Shown: positions 24,380 through 39,096, counted from the stretch's first letter. The stretch is 64,000 nucleotides of DNA from Eledone cirrhosa (GCA_964016885.1 OZ024757.1:37324001-37388000), one strand, 5' to 3'. Numbers and translations are program-made. The notes: generated from the letters alone by a model not told the origin.

Positions 24380-25964
24380 TTAGAACGAGGAAGAAAGATG
24401 AACCAGCATCGGTTAACAATAACAACAACAACACAACAGAACTGAGACAATAATAATAACAGAAGAAAGATAAGAAGCGGCAAACAAATTAAAAGTTCAC
24501 CGGTTACATTAAACGATTAGTTATGGCATCAGTGAGCCTCGTTCTCGACTTTGTCATCGTTTTCACTTACTGTTTTATGCATTAGCTACGACTAGAGCTT
24601 CTGACGTTGTTTCGTCGAAATAAGTTTAGTATGGATGTTCAAACATACAATATAATTGTATCTTTATCGCAGAGTTTCGCTCAAATTAGCTTTAAGCAAA
24701 AGTTTCTTTCTAATTCGCTACCTCATATTAATTTAAGGAACATTAAAAACTTAAGTAAAAATAAATATTTAGCGAAGAAAAAGGCAATTTTAGTAAGTTA
24801 TTAATATTATTTTCATTATTTTTATCTCGATACATTAATAGTATTGTTAGATTCTCGGACAAAACATTTTGGGATATTTAATTAAAACTTTCTAGCTTCG
24901 GAGCTCCAATCTCTTTGATGTCAACTTTGTCTTTCATCCTTTCAAGGAAGCGGGCGATAAAATAAGGATACCAGTTAAGTACTGAGTCCGATATAATTGA
25001 TTTTCCTCTTCCCCTATATTGCTAGCCTTGTGCAAACTATTTTTTCTAGGCAATGGGCAAGTTTTATTTGGTTTTACGCTATACATTCTAAGTTTGAAAC
25101 AACTATCAAAAATTGAAACACTTCTGTGCTTCCATAGGTGAAATTTGAGTGAAAGCACTTCTCGAACACAAGAGGTTGTATGTTTCAAAGTATTGTTTCC
25201 CCTTACCGTAAAAACAAGGAGGATCTTACATGTTTGTGTATATATATTTATATATGCACCTGTAATGTAGTTTGTATATATATAAATATATATCTAAAAT
25301 GAAAAGCTGTCGATACTTAAAATAAAAATAAGCTGACACGGATTAATTAAGGAAGAGATGAAGGTGTGATGAAAGAATACAACATGAATTTACGAATTAA
25401 AAGATAGCAAAGGAAGCGAAGAAAAAATGGAAGAAGTTTGATATATATATATATAAATATATATATGTATAAAAGTTTATTAAAAACGACAAGACAAATA
25501 CTCAATTATAAACAAACTGGAATAATCTGATAATAATATTATTAATTATTATTATAATATTTATTTATTGAACGAAAAGTTGGTGAACTGCTGAAAATAT
25601 ATTGGAAAACAACAAAACAGAACTGTTATGAACATAAAGTTGACATCATCATCACCAACAACAACGAAACAGACACAATGCTGTGAGGAGGAAGCAAATA
25701 TTATATATATATACATATATATATATATATTATATATATAGTATATACTAGGTGTCAAGCACTGTTTATTGTCTTATCTTTCATATATTGTATATATACG
25801 TGTATGTTGTATATATAATATATATATGTTATTATATATATACATGTATATATATGTATAAATATATATATATCTAACTAACTGTTAAATGACGTTTATT
25901 GAATGTCGTCTGGCTGTTTGAATTTCACTGGATATTTCCGAGTTAACATAAAATAAACAACACT
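24380..25964. promoter_or_regulatory. Putative bidirectional promoter / 5' UTR region between divergent ANAPC2 and MAP3K7
   Basis: Start codons face away from each other about 1.6 kb apart. CpG dinucleotides are locally more frequent near both first exons than in flanking introns. Confidence 0.6.
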
Positions 25965-26012
25965 ATGGACTTCGTTGGAGAGATCGATTATTATGATCTC
26001 CAGTTCGAAGAG
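25965..26012 (+). CDS. MAP3K7: MAP3K7 exon 1
   Basis: [16 protein letters not shown] then gtacgt donor; aligns to the FEEIDY segment preceding the TAK1 kinase domain; in-frame TAA upstream. Confidence 0.85.
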
Positions 26013-29000
26013 GTACGTTAACAAATACAATAGCTACTGTTATTACTGTTACTGTTATTACTACTATTACTACTGTAAACTTTTCTTTGACTTTGTCTAT
26101 GTATGTCTGTTTTGGTGGGTGTTAGCCGTGGGATTGGATGTTAGACCGGGGATTGGATGTTAGACTGTGTTAGACCGGGGATTGGGTGGGGCTTGGATGT
26201 TAGACTGGGTGTTGGGATTAGATGTTAGACTGTGTTAGACCTGGTATTGGGTGGGGCTTGGATGTTAGACTGTGTTAGACTGGGGATTGGGTGGGGCTTG
26301 GATGTTAGACTGGGTGTTGGGATTAGATGTTAGACTGTGTTAGACCTGGTATTGGGTGGGGCTTGGATGTTAGACTGTGTGTTAGACTGGGGATTGGGTG
26401 GGGCTTGGATGTTAGACTGGGTGTTGGGATTAGATGTTAGACTGTGTTAGACCTGGTATTGGGTGGGGCTTGGATGTTAGACTGTGTTAGACTGGGGATT
26501 GGGTGGGGCTTGGATGTTAGACTGGGTGTTGGGATTAGATGTTAGACTGTGTTAGACCTGGTATTGGGTGGGGCTTGGATGTTAGACTGTGTTAGACTGG
26601 GGATTGGGTGGGGGCTTGGATGTTAGACTGGGTGTTGGGATTAGATGTTAGACTGTGTTAGACCTGGTATTGGGTGGGGCTTGGATGTTAGACTGTGTTA
26701 GACTGGGGATTGGGTGGGGCTTGGATGTTAGACTGGGTGTTGGGATTAGATGTTAGACTGTGTTAGACCTGGTATTGGGTGGGGCTTGGATGTTAGACTG
26801 TGTGTTAGACTGGGGATTGGGTGGGGCTTGGATGTTAGACTGGGTGTTGGGATTAGATGTTAGACTGTGTTAGACCTGGTATTGGGTGGGGCTTGGATGT
26901 TAGACTGTGTTAGACTGGGGATTGGGTGGGGCTTGGATGTTAGACTGGGTGTTGGGATTAGATGTTAGACTGTGTTAGACCTGGTATTGGGTGGGGCTTG
27001 GATGTTAGACTGTGTTAGACTGGGGATTGGGTGGGGGCTTGGATGTTAGACTGGGTGTTGGGATTAGATGTTAGACTGTGTTAGACCTGGTATTGGGTGG
27101 GGCTTGGATGTTAGACTGTGTTAGACCGGAGATTGGGTGGGGCTTGAATGTTAGACTGGGTGTTGGGATTAGATCTTAGACTGTGTTAGACCTGGTATTG
27201 GGATTAGATGTTAGACTGTGTTAGACCTGGTATTGGGTGGGGCTTGGATGTTAGACTGTGTTAGACTGGGGATTGGGTGGGGCTTGGATGTTAGACTGGG
27301 TGTTGGGATTAGATGTTAGACTGTGTTAGACCTGGTATTGGGTGGGGCTTGGATGTTAGACTGTGTGTTAGACCGGGGATTGGGTGGGGCTTGAATGTTA
27401 GACTGGGTGTTGGGATTAGATGTTAGACTGTGTTAGACCTGGTATTGGGTGGGGCTTGGATGTTAGACTGTGTGTTAGACCGGGGATTTGGTGGGGCTTG
27501 GATGTTAGACTGGGTGTTGGGATTAGATGTTAGACTGTTAGACCTGGTATTGGGTGGGGCTTGGATGTTAGACTGTGTGTTAGACCGGGGATTGGGTGGG
27601 GCTTGGATGTTAGACTGGGTGTTGGGATTAGATGTTAGACTGTGTTAGACCTGGTATTGGGTGGGGCTTGGATGTTAGACTGTGTGTTAGACCGGGGATT
27701 GGGTGGGGCTTGAATGTTAGACTGGGTGTTGGGATTAGATGTTAGACTGTGTTAGACCTGGTATTGGGTGGGGCTTGGATGTTAGACTGTGTGTTAGACC
27801 GGGGATTGGGTGGGGCTTGAATGTTAGACTGGGTGTTGGGATTAGATGTTAGACTGTGTTAGACCTGGTATTGGGTGCGGCTTGGATGTTAGACTGTGTG
27901 TTAGACCGGGGATTGGGTGGGGCTTGGATGTTAGACTGGGTGTTGGGATTAGATGTTAGACTGTGTTAGACCTGGTATTGGGTGGGGCTTGGATGTTAGA
28001 CTGTGTTAGACCGGGGATTGGGTGGGGCTTGGATGTTAGACTGTGTGTTAGACCTGGTATTGGGTGGGGATTGGATGTTAGACTGGGTGTTGTACTTGGG
28101 CTTGGGTATTAGACTGGGTATTGGACTAAGTGTTGGGCTTGGGTATTAGATTGAGTGTTGGTGTTGGGCTTGGATGTTAGACTGAACTAGATGTTGGTGT
28201 TGTATGACTGGGAGTAGGATGGAGCTTGGTGTTGGTGTAGGACTGGGTCTTTGTGTTAAACAGGACTATGTGTTGAAATAGCTGCCCCCCCCCCCTTCAA
28301 ATAGAACTTTCACTACCTTTGCCACTTAATTATTTTTTTCACCCTCCCTATCACCACTACCACCACCACGACCACCATCTCCACCGCCATCACTACCACC
28401 ACCACTACCACCACCACCACTGCTACACCACCATCACTACTACCACCACCACCACTGCTACACTACCATCACTACTACCACCATCACTACCACCATCACC
28501 ACTACCACCACCATCACCACTACCACCACCATCATTACCACCACCATCACTACCACCACTAGCACCACCACCACTACCACCACCATCACTACCACCTCCA
28601 TCACCACCACTACCATCACCACCACCACCACCACTACTACCACCACCACTACCACCACCATCTCCACCTCCACTACCATCACCACCACCACCACCACCAC
28701 TACCACCACCATCTCCACCTCCACCATCACCACCACTACCATCACCACCACCACCACCATCATTACCACCACCATCATTACCACCACCATCACTACCACC
28801 ACTACCACCACTACCACCTCCACCACTACTACCACCACCACCTCCACCTCCACCATCACTACCATCACCGCCACCACCACTACCACTACCACCACTATCA
28901 CCTCCACCATCACCACCACCACCACCATCATTACCACCACCATCACTACCACCACCACCACCACCACTACCACCACTACCACCACCACCACTACCACCAC

Positions 29001-32000
29001 CATCACTACCACCTCCATCACCACCACCACCACTACCATCACCACCACCTCCACCACTACTACCACCACCTCCACCTCCACCATCACCACCACTACCATC
29101 ACCGCCACCACCACTACCACCACCTCCACCATCACCACCACATGTTCTAATTCATTGACACTCACAAACTAAACATCTTTTTTTGTGTTATTTCATTTTC
29201 ATTTCAGATCGTTGGTAAGGGAGCGTTTGGTGTGGTCCGCCGTGCTACCTACCATGGGATTAGTGTGGCAGTGAAGCTCATTGAAACGGAATCAGAGAGG
29301 AAAGCTTTCATAACAGAACTGAAACAATTATCTCGAGTTTCTCATTCAAATATTGTTAAACTGTACGGAGCTTGCACAAAAACCCCGGTAGGTGCATCGC
29401 GTTCTTTTCTCATCTCTCTTTCTCTGGTCCTTAATTTTGAATTTTTTAAAACATTTATACATTTGTAAAGTGGTCATATTGGTGCCATAACAAAAAAACC
29501 CAGTCCACCTTGTATGGTGGTCATATTGGTGTCATAAGAAAAGTACCCAGTCCACCCTGTAAGGTGGTCATGCTGATCTCATGACAAAAAAGCACCCAGA
29601 ACACATTACAAAGTACTCATCCTGGTTCCACAACAAAAGCACTCAGTCCTTCCTGTAAGGTGGTAGTGATAGTGCCATGACAAAAGACACTTAGTCCACT
29701 CTGTAAGGTGGTAGTGTTAGTGCCATGACAAAAGACACTTAGTCCACTCTGTAAGGTGGTAGTGTTAGTGCCATGACAAAAGACACTTAGTCCACCCTGT
29801 AAGGTGGTAGTGTTAGTGCCATGACAAAAGACATCCAGTCCACCCTGTAAGGTGGTAGTGTTAGTGCCATGACAAAAGACACTTAGTCCACCCTGTAAGG
29901 TGGTAGTGTTAGTGCCATGACAAAAGACATCCAGTCCACCCTGTAAGGTGGTAGTGTTAGTGCCATGACAAAAGACACTTAGTCCACCCTGTAAGGTGGT
30001 AGTGTTAGTGCCATGACAAAAGACATCCAGTCCACCCTGTAAGGTGGTAGTGTTAGTGCCATGACAAAAGACACTTAGTCCACTCTGTAAGGTGGTAGTG
30101 TTAGTGCCATGACAAAAGACACTTAGTCCACCCTGTAAGGTGGTAGTGTTAGTGCCATGACAAAAGACATCCAGTCCACCCTGTAAGGTGGTAGTGTTAG
30201 TGCCATGACAAAAGACATCCAGTCCACCCTGTAAGGTGGTAGTGTTAGTGCCATGACAAAAGACATCCAGTCCACCCTGTAAGGTGGTAGTGTTAGTGCC
30301 ATGACAAAAGACATCCAGTCCACCCTGTAAGGTGGTAGTGTTAGTGCCATGACAAAAGACATCCAGTCCACCCTGTAAGGTGGTAGTGTTAGTGCCATGA
30401 CAAAAGACATCCAGTCCACTCTGTAAGGTGGTAGTGTTAGTGCCATGACAAAAGACATCCAGTCCACCCTGTAAGGGTGGACTGGATGTCTTTTGTCATA
30501 CATGTACTAAAAAGCTTTCAGTACATGCTATAAAATGGTTGGTATTAGGAAGGGTATCCAGCTGTAAAAAATCTGCCAAACAAAGGGTTAGCAGGACTCT
30601 TCAGCTGTGTTAAAGACATGATAACCTCCCTAGTGCTTGTATCATGATAAAATACACTTAGTTGAGCATGGGAACATTTTGTAAGTGAGATGTAGGGCCC
30701 AGCTGGCATGAGCACTCTGTAGAGACTGCAGGAATGTAAGTAAATGAGATGCAGGGCCTCGGTTCATTGAGAGATCAGTAGCTCCACCTGGGTACTAACT
30801 CAGTCTGTGACGACCTGTTGAACCCTTTCTAGTAGGGAAAATGGATATTAAATGATGATGTAGTTCAAATGTTCTTAGTTTAACCCTTTAACATTTAAAC
30901 CGGCCATATCAGGCCAGAATTCTATCACCTTTTTCTGTTCAAACCAGCTATAACTAGTTGCTCATACTGATAAGGTATTGTTCTCAAAATAAATAATATC
31001 AAAATCTCATAGATTTGATATTATGGGAGATAATACAATAGTATATATAGAGTAAATGCTAAAGGGTTAATCGGTACAAATTTTGAAGGAGTCCAGGGAA
31101 ATATCTATTATGAAGCCACATACTGCAACATGTTCCTGGCTTTCAACTTTATCACTTCTGCCATAAACCTGGGTACTGCCTCCCATAACCTGGAGGATAG
31201 CCAGATACTGTGACTTGAACCAACTACTTCTTTTTTTGTGCCAGTCACAGTGAAGACCTTTGGTGTTTATCTTGGTCCTTGAACTGCCGTTTCCTCCCTC
31301 CTACAAAATTGGGAAGAGTGGTGGATGTTGCTGGCTGTTCTCCATGGCAATGCCTTTGCCATCTTGTCAACAGATGCACAGTGTAGCTGAGATATACCTC
31401 CTAAACTGGGGTCTAGAGTCTGCTTTCTCCACCCTTTCTTTTACTTTCGCTATATTTTTTTCTATTTCTTTTTATTGCAAACGTATAATTTAGTTAGTAT
31501 TTGTTAAATTTATGTCTAGTAATTTAGTGGTATAATTCGAGGCAGTTTTGAAATTAGGTGTACCATTCAGAAAGCTAAACGGGCCGCAGTTTGCCCATGA
31601 TTGTATAAAGGAGGTATCTTATACCCTCAAGTGGGGGGGAAGTGTTGTATTTCTCAGCCACTTAACACCAGTGAAACGGAGAATAGCTTCGATCCGATCA
31701 AAGAGACTTTTTACTGAAACTTATTTTCAAGGGAAGTTAATATTACTTTAAGACTGCAGAGTTATACTTCTTGGATGGAAGAGGAAATAACTCTGCAGAG
31801 ACTAATGTCAATTTATTACTAATGGGCATGGTATAGTAAGGTTCCTTAACTCCTGATGGAGTCGTAGGGGCACCGTATTGACATACGGCGTTTCTAGGGC
31901 ATTTTAAAACCTGGCGGAGCCCATCTCTCTCCAGGTCTGAATATAATAAATTTCTTCCAGAGGACGATAAAGAGTGTGAGAGAGAAGCGAAGAGATATAG

Positions 32001-32842
32001 AGGAAGAATCAACCCCAGTACTAGACTGGTACTTTCTTATCGACCTCGAATGGATGAAAGGCAAAGTTGACCTTGGCGAGATTTGAACTCAGAGAGACGG
32101 AACAAATACCATAAAGCATTCTATCTGACGTTCTAACAACTCTGCTAATTCGCCATGTCCAAGAGTCCTTGCTTTTCTTCTCCTTTTCCTCTCATGGCAT
32201 TTATAGTTCTTCTATTTTCCCATCCAGCCAGATCTGCCCTTCTTTACCCCTTCCCCCTTTTTCTCATTACTTAATTTTGCTTTTATCTTTTATTTTCATA
32301 TTTATGTGATTATTAATGGTTTTTAAGCCAACTTTGTGAATAAAATTGTTTGCTATTAAGTTAGTCATGGCCTGGGCCAATACTGGTCGAAACCTATCTA
32401 AGTTAAAGTTATATATATTACTAATAAGTTGTAACAAACAAGAGTGGTGGATTGACAGAATCGGTAGAGCGTCAGATAAAATGGTGTTGTGACATTTTTT
32501 CCGGCTCTTTACATTCTGAGTTCAAATCCCACCGAGGTCGATTTTGCTTTTCATCCCTGATAAAATAAGTTACTAGTCATGTACTGGGGTAGGTTTACTC
32601 AGCTTTCCCATTGCCCCATAATTCCTGGCCTTGAGCATAGAGGTGTGTGATAAGGTAGACAGACACAGGTAGATAGATAGATGGGTGTATAAGGTAGATA
32701 GATAGGTAGATAAATGGGTAGATGAGGTAGATAGATATAAATGGGTGGATGAGGTAGATATATAGATAGACAGGTGGATAGATATAGATAGATAGTTGGG
32801 TGGATAAGGTAGATAAAGAGATAGACAGGGGGATAGATATAG

Positions 32843-32874
<32 letters not shown>

Positions 32875-33703
32875 CATCATCATCATCATCTTCGTTTAAC
32901 GTCTATTTTCCACACTTGCATGGGTTAGACGGGAGTTGTTCCACTTGAGGCAAGGTTGGTCGGGTGACCGTGTCTCGCTCATATAGGACTATCTGGCAGG
33001 TTTTCTATGGCTGGATGCCCTTCATAACACCAACCACGTTTACAGTGTGGAACTGGGAACTTTTTACCGTGTTACCTACACGACCACATTACAGTGTGGA
33101 CTGTGTGTGTCTTTTGTCGTGACACCTACATGATCTCGATCTCATTTTCTCGTGCTGTTGGTGGGAGTGGGAGGATAGGGTAGGGGTAGTGGATTGGGGT
33201 GTATATTTGGTTAAGAGGTGCCTAGTGACTGTAGGTTTCGCTTTGTACATAGGCAAGGCAGGTCTTCTGTATTACTGCGTAGCGCCAAAGATCTCGGTCC
33301 AGAGACATTGTCTAGGAGAGGTGCAAGTGTGTGAGGTCGGAATTTATCAAGTCGTCCCAGGTTTTTCTGGGTCTACCTACTCCGTAACTACCATCAATTT
33401 TGATCGCCCTGCACTTTTTTATGCAGCTGTCGTCTTTCATGCGCATCACATGACCATACCAACATAGTCTTCTCTCAAGTAAACAGCATCTGATCCCTCT
33501 TATTCCTAATTTCTCACTTAGTTCATTTATGCTTTACCGTTCACGTATATTACTATTACACATCCAACGGAGCATGCATGCTTCGTTCCTTTCCAGTCTA
33601 CGCAGGTCCTCTGCACGTAATGCCCATGTCTCACTGCCATGTGGCATTGCTGTTCGTATGCAGGCATCATACAGCCTGCCTTTCATTTTTAGAGAGAACC
33701 CTT

Positions 33704-33746
<43 letters not shown>

Positions 33747-34420
33747 AAATAATGAATAAAACAATGAAACAGTTCCTTATATTAAACAAAAAAAGTTCAT
33801 TATTTAACGATCGTTTCTAGGATATATATGTGTTAGAATTGGCATGCATATTCAACAGATCTATGTACAAAATTATACAAAATTATACAAACTATCAAAA
33901 TTAAATATACATACCAAACACATATATATGCCGTCTTCAGAAATAATGAAATATATTTATTGATAATAACAACAATTCAAAATTTCAGGTCTGTTTGGGA
34001 ACAGAGTTCAAATTGACCAATGAAAATACAAAAAGTTTATACAGTTAGGTGTGTGTATATACATGTAATTAACTTCGTTCACAGATATGCATAAAGATAT
34101 ATGTTTGGTATGTATATTTAATTTTGATAGTTTGTATAATTTTGTATAATTTTGTACATAGATCTGTTGAATATGCATGCCAATTCTAACACATATATAT
34201 CCTAGAAACGATCGTTAAATAATGAACTTTTTTTGTTTAATATAAGGAACTGTTTCATTGTTTTATTCATTATTTTTTTAATATTTTATCTTGACTCTGT
34301 ATTCCGTTTATCTTTCACCGAAAGTGATTTTTCATTGCATCTCTTCTTTCCATGATATCCGGATTACATTGAGTTCTTCATACGGATTGGACACTACCGT
34401 AAACTCTTGGTAGATTTATC

Positions 34421-34505
<85 letters not shown>

Positions 34506-35103
34506 GAGAAAGTGAGAGAGTTTGTAGAGAAATCAATTAAAGGTTAAAGTAAGAAGTGTGAAAAAAGAGATGTGGTCATGTCAGTTAGTCAGCTTCTTTT
34601 TTGTCTTCTTCACCCACTTATTCCTGGGAGGGTCGTGGGGACAGAGTCCTCAAACACTTCTTCCAGCAGGTCCTGCCAGAAGCAACCGTTTCCAACTGAT
34701 CTGGCTGGATCCCCAAGCAAGATCAGCCAAGCTCATGGATATTATCCAAGCAACTTGCTCGGGATCTACGCCTGGGTGTCCTGCCGGTTGGTTTTGCTCG
34801 TAAAATCTGTAAAATGATTCTTTCCTGAGACATTCTGACCACATGGCTGTTGTATCAGAGCTGTGATCTCTCAATTCTCACTCTTTCCACAGCAGGTCCT
34901 GTCAGAAGCAACCATTTCAAACGGTAGGGGAGGTGTTGATGTTGGTGGTAGTTGTGGTGGTGGTGGTGTTGGAAGTAATGGTGGTGGTGGCGGTGATGTT
35001 GGTAGTGGTGGCTGTGGTGGCGGTGATGTTGGTAGTGGTGGTGGTGGTGGCGGTGATGTTGGTAGTGGTGGTGGTATTAGTGGTGTTAGTAGTAATAGTG
35101 TTG

Positions 35104-35135
<32 letters not shown>

Positions 35136-36019
35136 GGTGGTGTGAAGGACTCTAAAATTGACTCTATGAAGCTGAAGAAGATAACTTTTTATAAAGAAAA
35201 ATATTTTTTTTCTTCTATTAGTGATGAAAAACAACAAAAACTCCTCCAAAAAACCGAACCAAACTCTGATTTATTGCTATTTCTTTGCTAACAATTTTCA
35301 AACAGTCGAGCTTTTCATATTTCATTTATTTTTTTAATATTTTTTATTTTTTAAAATATTTTAATATTTTTTATTTTTTTTATATTATTATATTTTTTAT
35401 TTTTTTATATTTTTATATTTTTATATATTTTTTATTTTTTATTTTCTCTTAATTTATTTTTTTATTTTTATTCTCTCTCCCCAGAATATTCTGGTTGTTG
35501 CTGATAAAGACAAACTTGTTTTTATCTATATCGACACCACCATAGAGTAACAATCATTCTCCTCACATTTCTTCTCTCTCTTTCTCTTTCTCTTTTTGTA
35601 TTTTTTTTTATTATGTTCTCTTTTGGGGTTTTTCGTTCGTCTGTCTGACACCTCCTCCACACCCACCACCCACATATCTCTTCCTATTTTTTGTGATCTT
35701 CAGCCGAGATTTTCAAATTTTTTTTTGGTACATATTATCATCATCACCACCATCATCATTATTATTATTATTATTATTATTGTTGTTGTTGTTGTTATCA
35801 TTTTCCAGTCTGTAAAATTTCATCAAAGTTTCCATTTATAACGTGAACATTTTCTTATTATGGATGCCTGTACGTGTGTGTATGTTTATGCGTATGTTTA
35901 TGTGTATGTTTGTGTGTGTAATAAAGGTGGGTTTTGTAATGTGCTCCCCCCCTCCAAAAGAAATATGAACAAACAAAACCAACCAACCCCAAAACTTTAA
36001 ATAAAAGATTCACAAGAAG

Positions 36020-36110
<91 letters not shown>

Positions 36111-36481
36111 TATGTATATATGTATGTATATATATATGTATATGTATACACACACACACATATATATATATATACATATACACACATGTATATTTCATAT
36201 ATATGTATAAATATATATATATATGCACACACACATATATATATATATACACACATGTATATTTCATATGTATGTATAAATATATATATATATATTTTGC
36301 TGTTGGGCATTTTTACCTCATTCTTTCTTTTTTTTTCTTCAAACCCCCCCACAACCACCACCACCACCACCACCTCTCCTTAATCTATTGATTTTTTTTT
36401 TTCTTTTCTGATCTTGTATTTTTCTGGGGATTTTTTTTTCTTCTGTTTTCTACAAAGATGAAAACATGATGCTGCACAAAA

Positions 36482-36512
<31 letters not shown>

Positions 36513-38601
36513 TACAGCGTACAGAAAATAGCCCTACTACGCACTGCACATGTATTTACGAAGACAACTCCCAATATAATAGAAACAACACTGCACCTAC
36601 CCAAAGCTCACAGAGCCATGCTCACTGATGCAGTGAAAGCACGCAATAGAAATAATATTAATAATGGGTTTTGGTTTAGCCACAAGGCCAGCAATTTTGG
36701 AGGGAGGATAGTTGATCAAATTAACTCCAGTGCATGACTGGTACTTTATTTATCAAGCCCGTAAGGATCAAAGGCAAAGCTAACTTCGGCTGGATTTCAA
36801 TTCAGATTGTAAAGGGCTATAACTCTATACTGCTAGGCATGGTGTTCGATGCTATGATTTCTGATTTTAAGCACAAGGCCAACAATTTTAGGGAAATGTG
36901 TGTGACTGGTACTATATTTTATCCACTGGGATAAGAAGGCAGATTAACCCTTGATCAGTGATCAGGTGACTAAACTAGTTTCTTGAATCTGCACTACAAA
37001 TTCTTTGATCAACCTTGGCCCCCGAACTTAATTCGTTCCTGAAGGACGTTCAACTGAAATGTTTGTAAACCGAAACTATTTTTCCCCATACGAAATGTTG
37101 AGAGAGAAATATAGTGAGAGAGAGAGAGACTGTGTGTGAAAGACAGAGAGATATTATCATAGTAACTAACTACACAGCAAGTGATGCATTCCTGCCAATA
37201 CTCCCAGCTTGTCGCCAACTGTTGTTGCCGGATTGCATGTTCGATACTAGAGACACCTTTTGTCAACCGAGCTGTTTTATGTTCAGAAAAATTGGACCGA
37301 GACCTGTGGTGTTACGCAGTAATGTAGAAGACCTGCCTTCCCATGAGTCCAGGCTGACGCCTACATCGGATATGCTCCCCCTTCACTCTCATCCACCTTC
37401 TATGCACCTCCCATCTCCTAACGCTCTGCCCTTCACGCACACATCCATATATACCCTCCTCCTTAATCCTACACACCCTTCCCACCAAAGCCCCCCCCCC
37501 TTCCCCACGGCCCACACTGTAAAGTGGTTGTGAGGGTGGCGACATGACAAAAAGTGCCCAGCTCACACAGTAATGTGATCGGTGTAGGTGTCACGACAAA
37601 AAGCACGCAACCCACACTATAAATGTCGTTGGCGTTAGGAAGGGCATCCAGCTGCAGAAACCAAACCAGAGTCAGTTCTGTATGAGCAAGACATGGTCAC
37701 CTGACCTGACATTTCTCATAACAGCACAACTCGTCTAACCCATGCTAGCGTGGTAAATGGACATTAAACGGTGATGACGATGATGGTGAGAAGCGTTCCT
37801 GAACTGAGGTTCCACTGTAGTATGAATGTAACTTATATAATTACTCCCAGCCTTTTCTCTACTCTTCCAACTTGTTCCTTCACATACATTAGTTGGTATT
37901 TTCCCCACATTTGGAGCGCACAGTTTTAAAAACACAAAACCACTCCCCTCTTGTTTGTTTGTGTCTATAATTTTAATGTGGACGGAAAATCTACTTTGTT
38001 CTCTCTTCCATATATGGAATGCCCCAAAGATCATGTCTTTCGTTTATGAACAGAGCAAAAGATCAGAGGCTGGGCCTGTTTTTTGTTCAACTAAGTTCAG
38101 TTTTATTGGTGTAGCCAATATATATATATTGTAATATATATATATATATATAAATTAATTAAAGCACTCAACATTGTGCAAGTCATTATATATATATATA
38201 TATATGTGTGTGTATATGTATGTGTATATATATGTGTGTATGTATATGTATATATCTTTATACATAAATGTGTGTATATATATGTATATACATATCCATA
38301 CATATATATATATATCATTTAATTATTTTTCAGGTAGTGAGGGATTATGTTAACACTAGGAAGTTTGAAGTGTTTTGGAAGAAACTTTAAATAATTCTAT
38401 TTTGAATTAGTGTAACACTAATCTTTTAGCTACTTAATTAGTTTATTTTCAACAGCTCCACATCTACTCTCTGTGTGTCTGTCTGTATGTCTGTCTGTGT
38501 GTCTGTCTGTATGTCTGTCTGTCTGTATGTCGGTGTATATGTGTGTGTGCCTGTGTATATGTCTCTGTCTGTGTGTCTGCCTGAATGTGTGTCACTCTGT
38601 C

Positions 38602-38643
<42 letters not shown>

Positions 38644-38805
38644 CATATATATGTGTGTCATGTATTCTATTATAAACCCTGTAATGTAATTAATATTACT
38701 GCTGCTTAATAACGAGTTTCAACTCTTCATGAAAATGAAAGAAACAAAAAAAAAAGTTATATATATATACATATATAAATATATGTATGTACATGTGAAT
38801 GTATA

Positions 38806-38848
<43 letters not shown>

Positions 38849-38867
38849 ATGATGATTGTATATGTAC

Positions 38868-38923
<56 letters not shown>

Positions 38924-39044
38924 TTGTATGTGTGTGTATATATATATATGTAATATGTATGTATATCTATATATGTAATATATATGTATATATATATACG
39001 ATATATATATACGTGTATGTATATGTATATATCTTTATACATAA

Positions 39045-39096
<52 letters not shown>

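Noticed and set aside
26130-28090. Interstitial telomere
   Set aside because: G-rich but contains no (TTAGGG)n runs
28319-29165. Proline-rich extensin/formin-like ORF and antisense poly-Val ORF
   Set aside because: Both are readings of a (CCA)n repeat in an intron
29653-30475. CRISPR-like regular array
   Set aside because: Contiguous 48-bp units without unique spacers, eukaryotic intron context, no cas genes; the unit derives from a SINE
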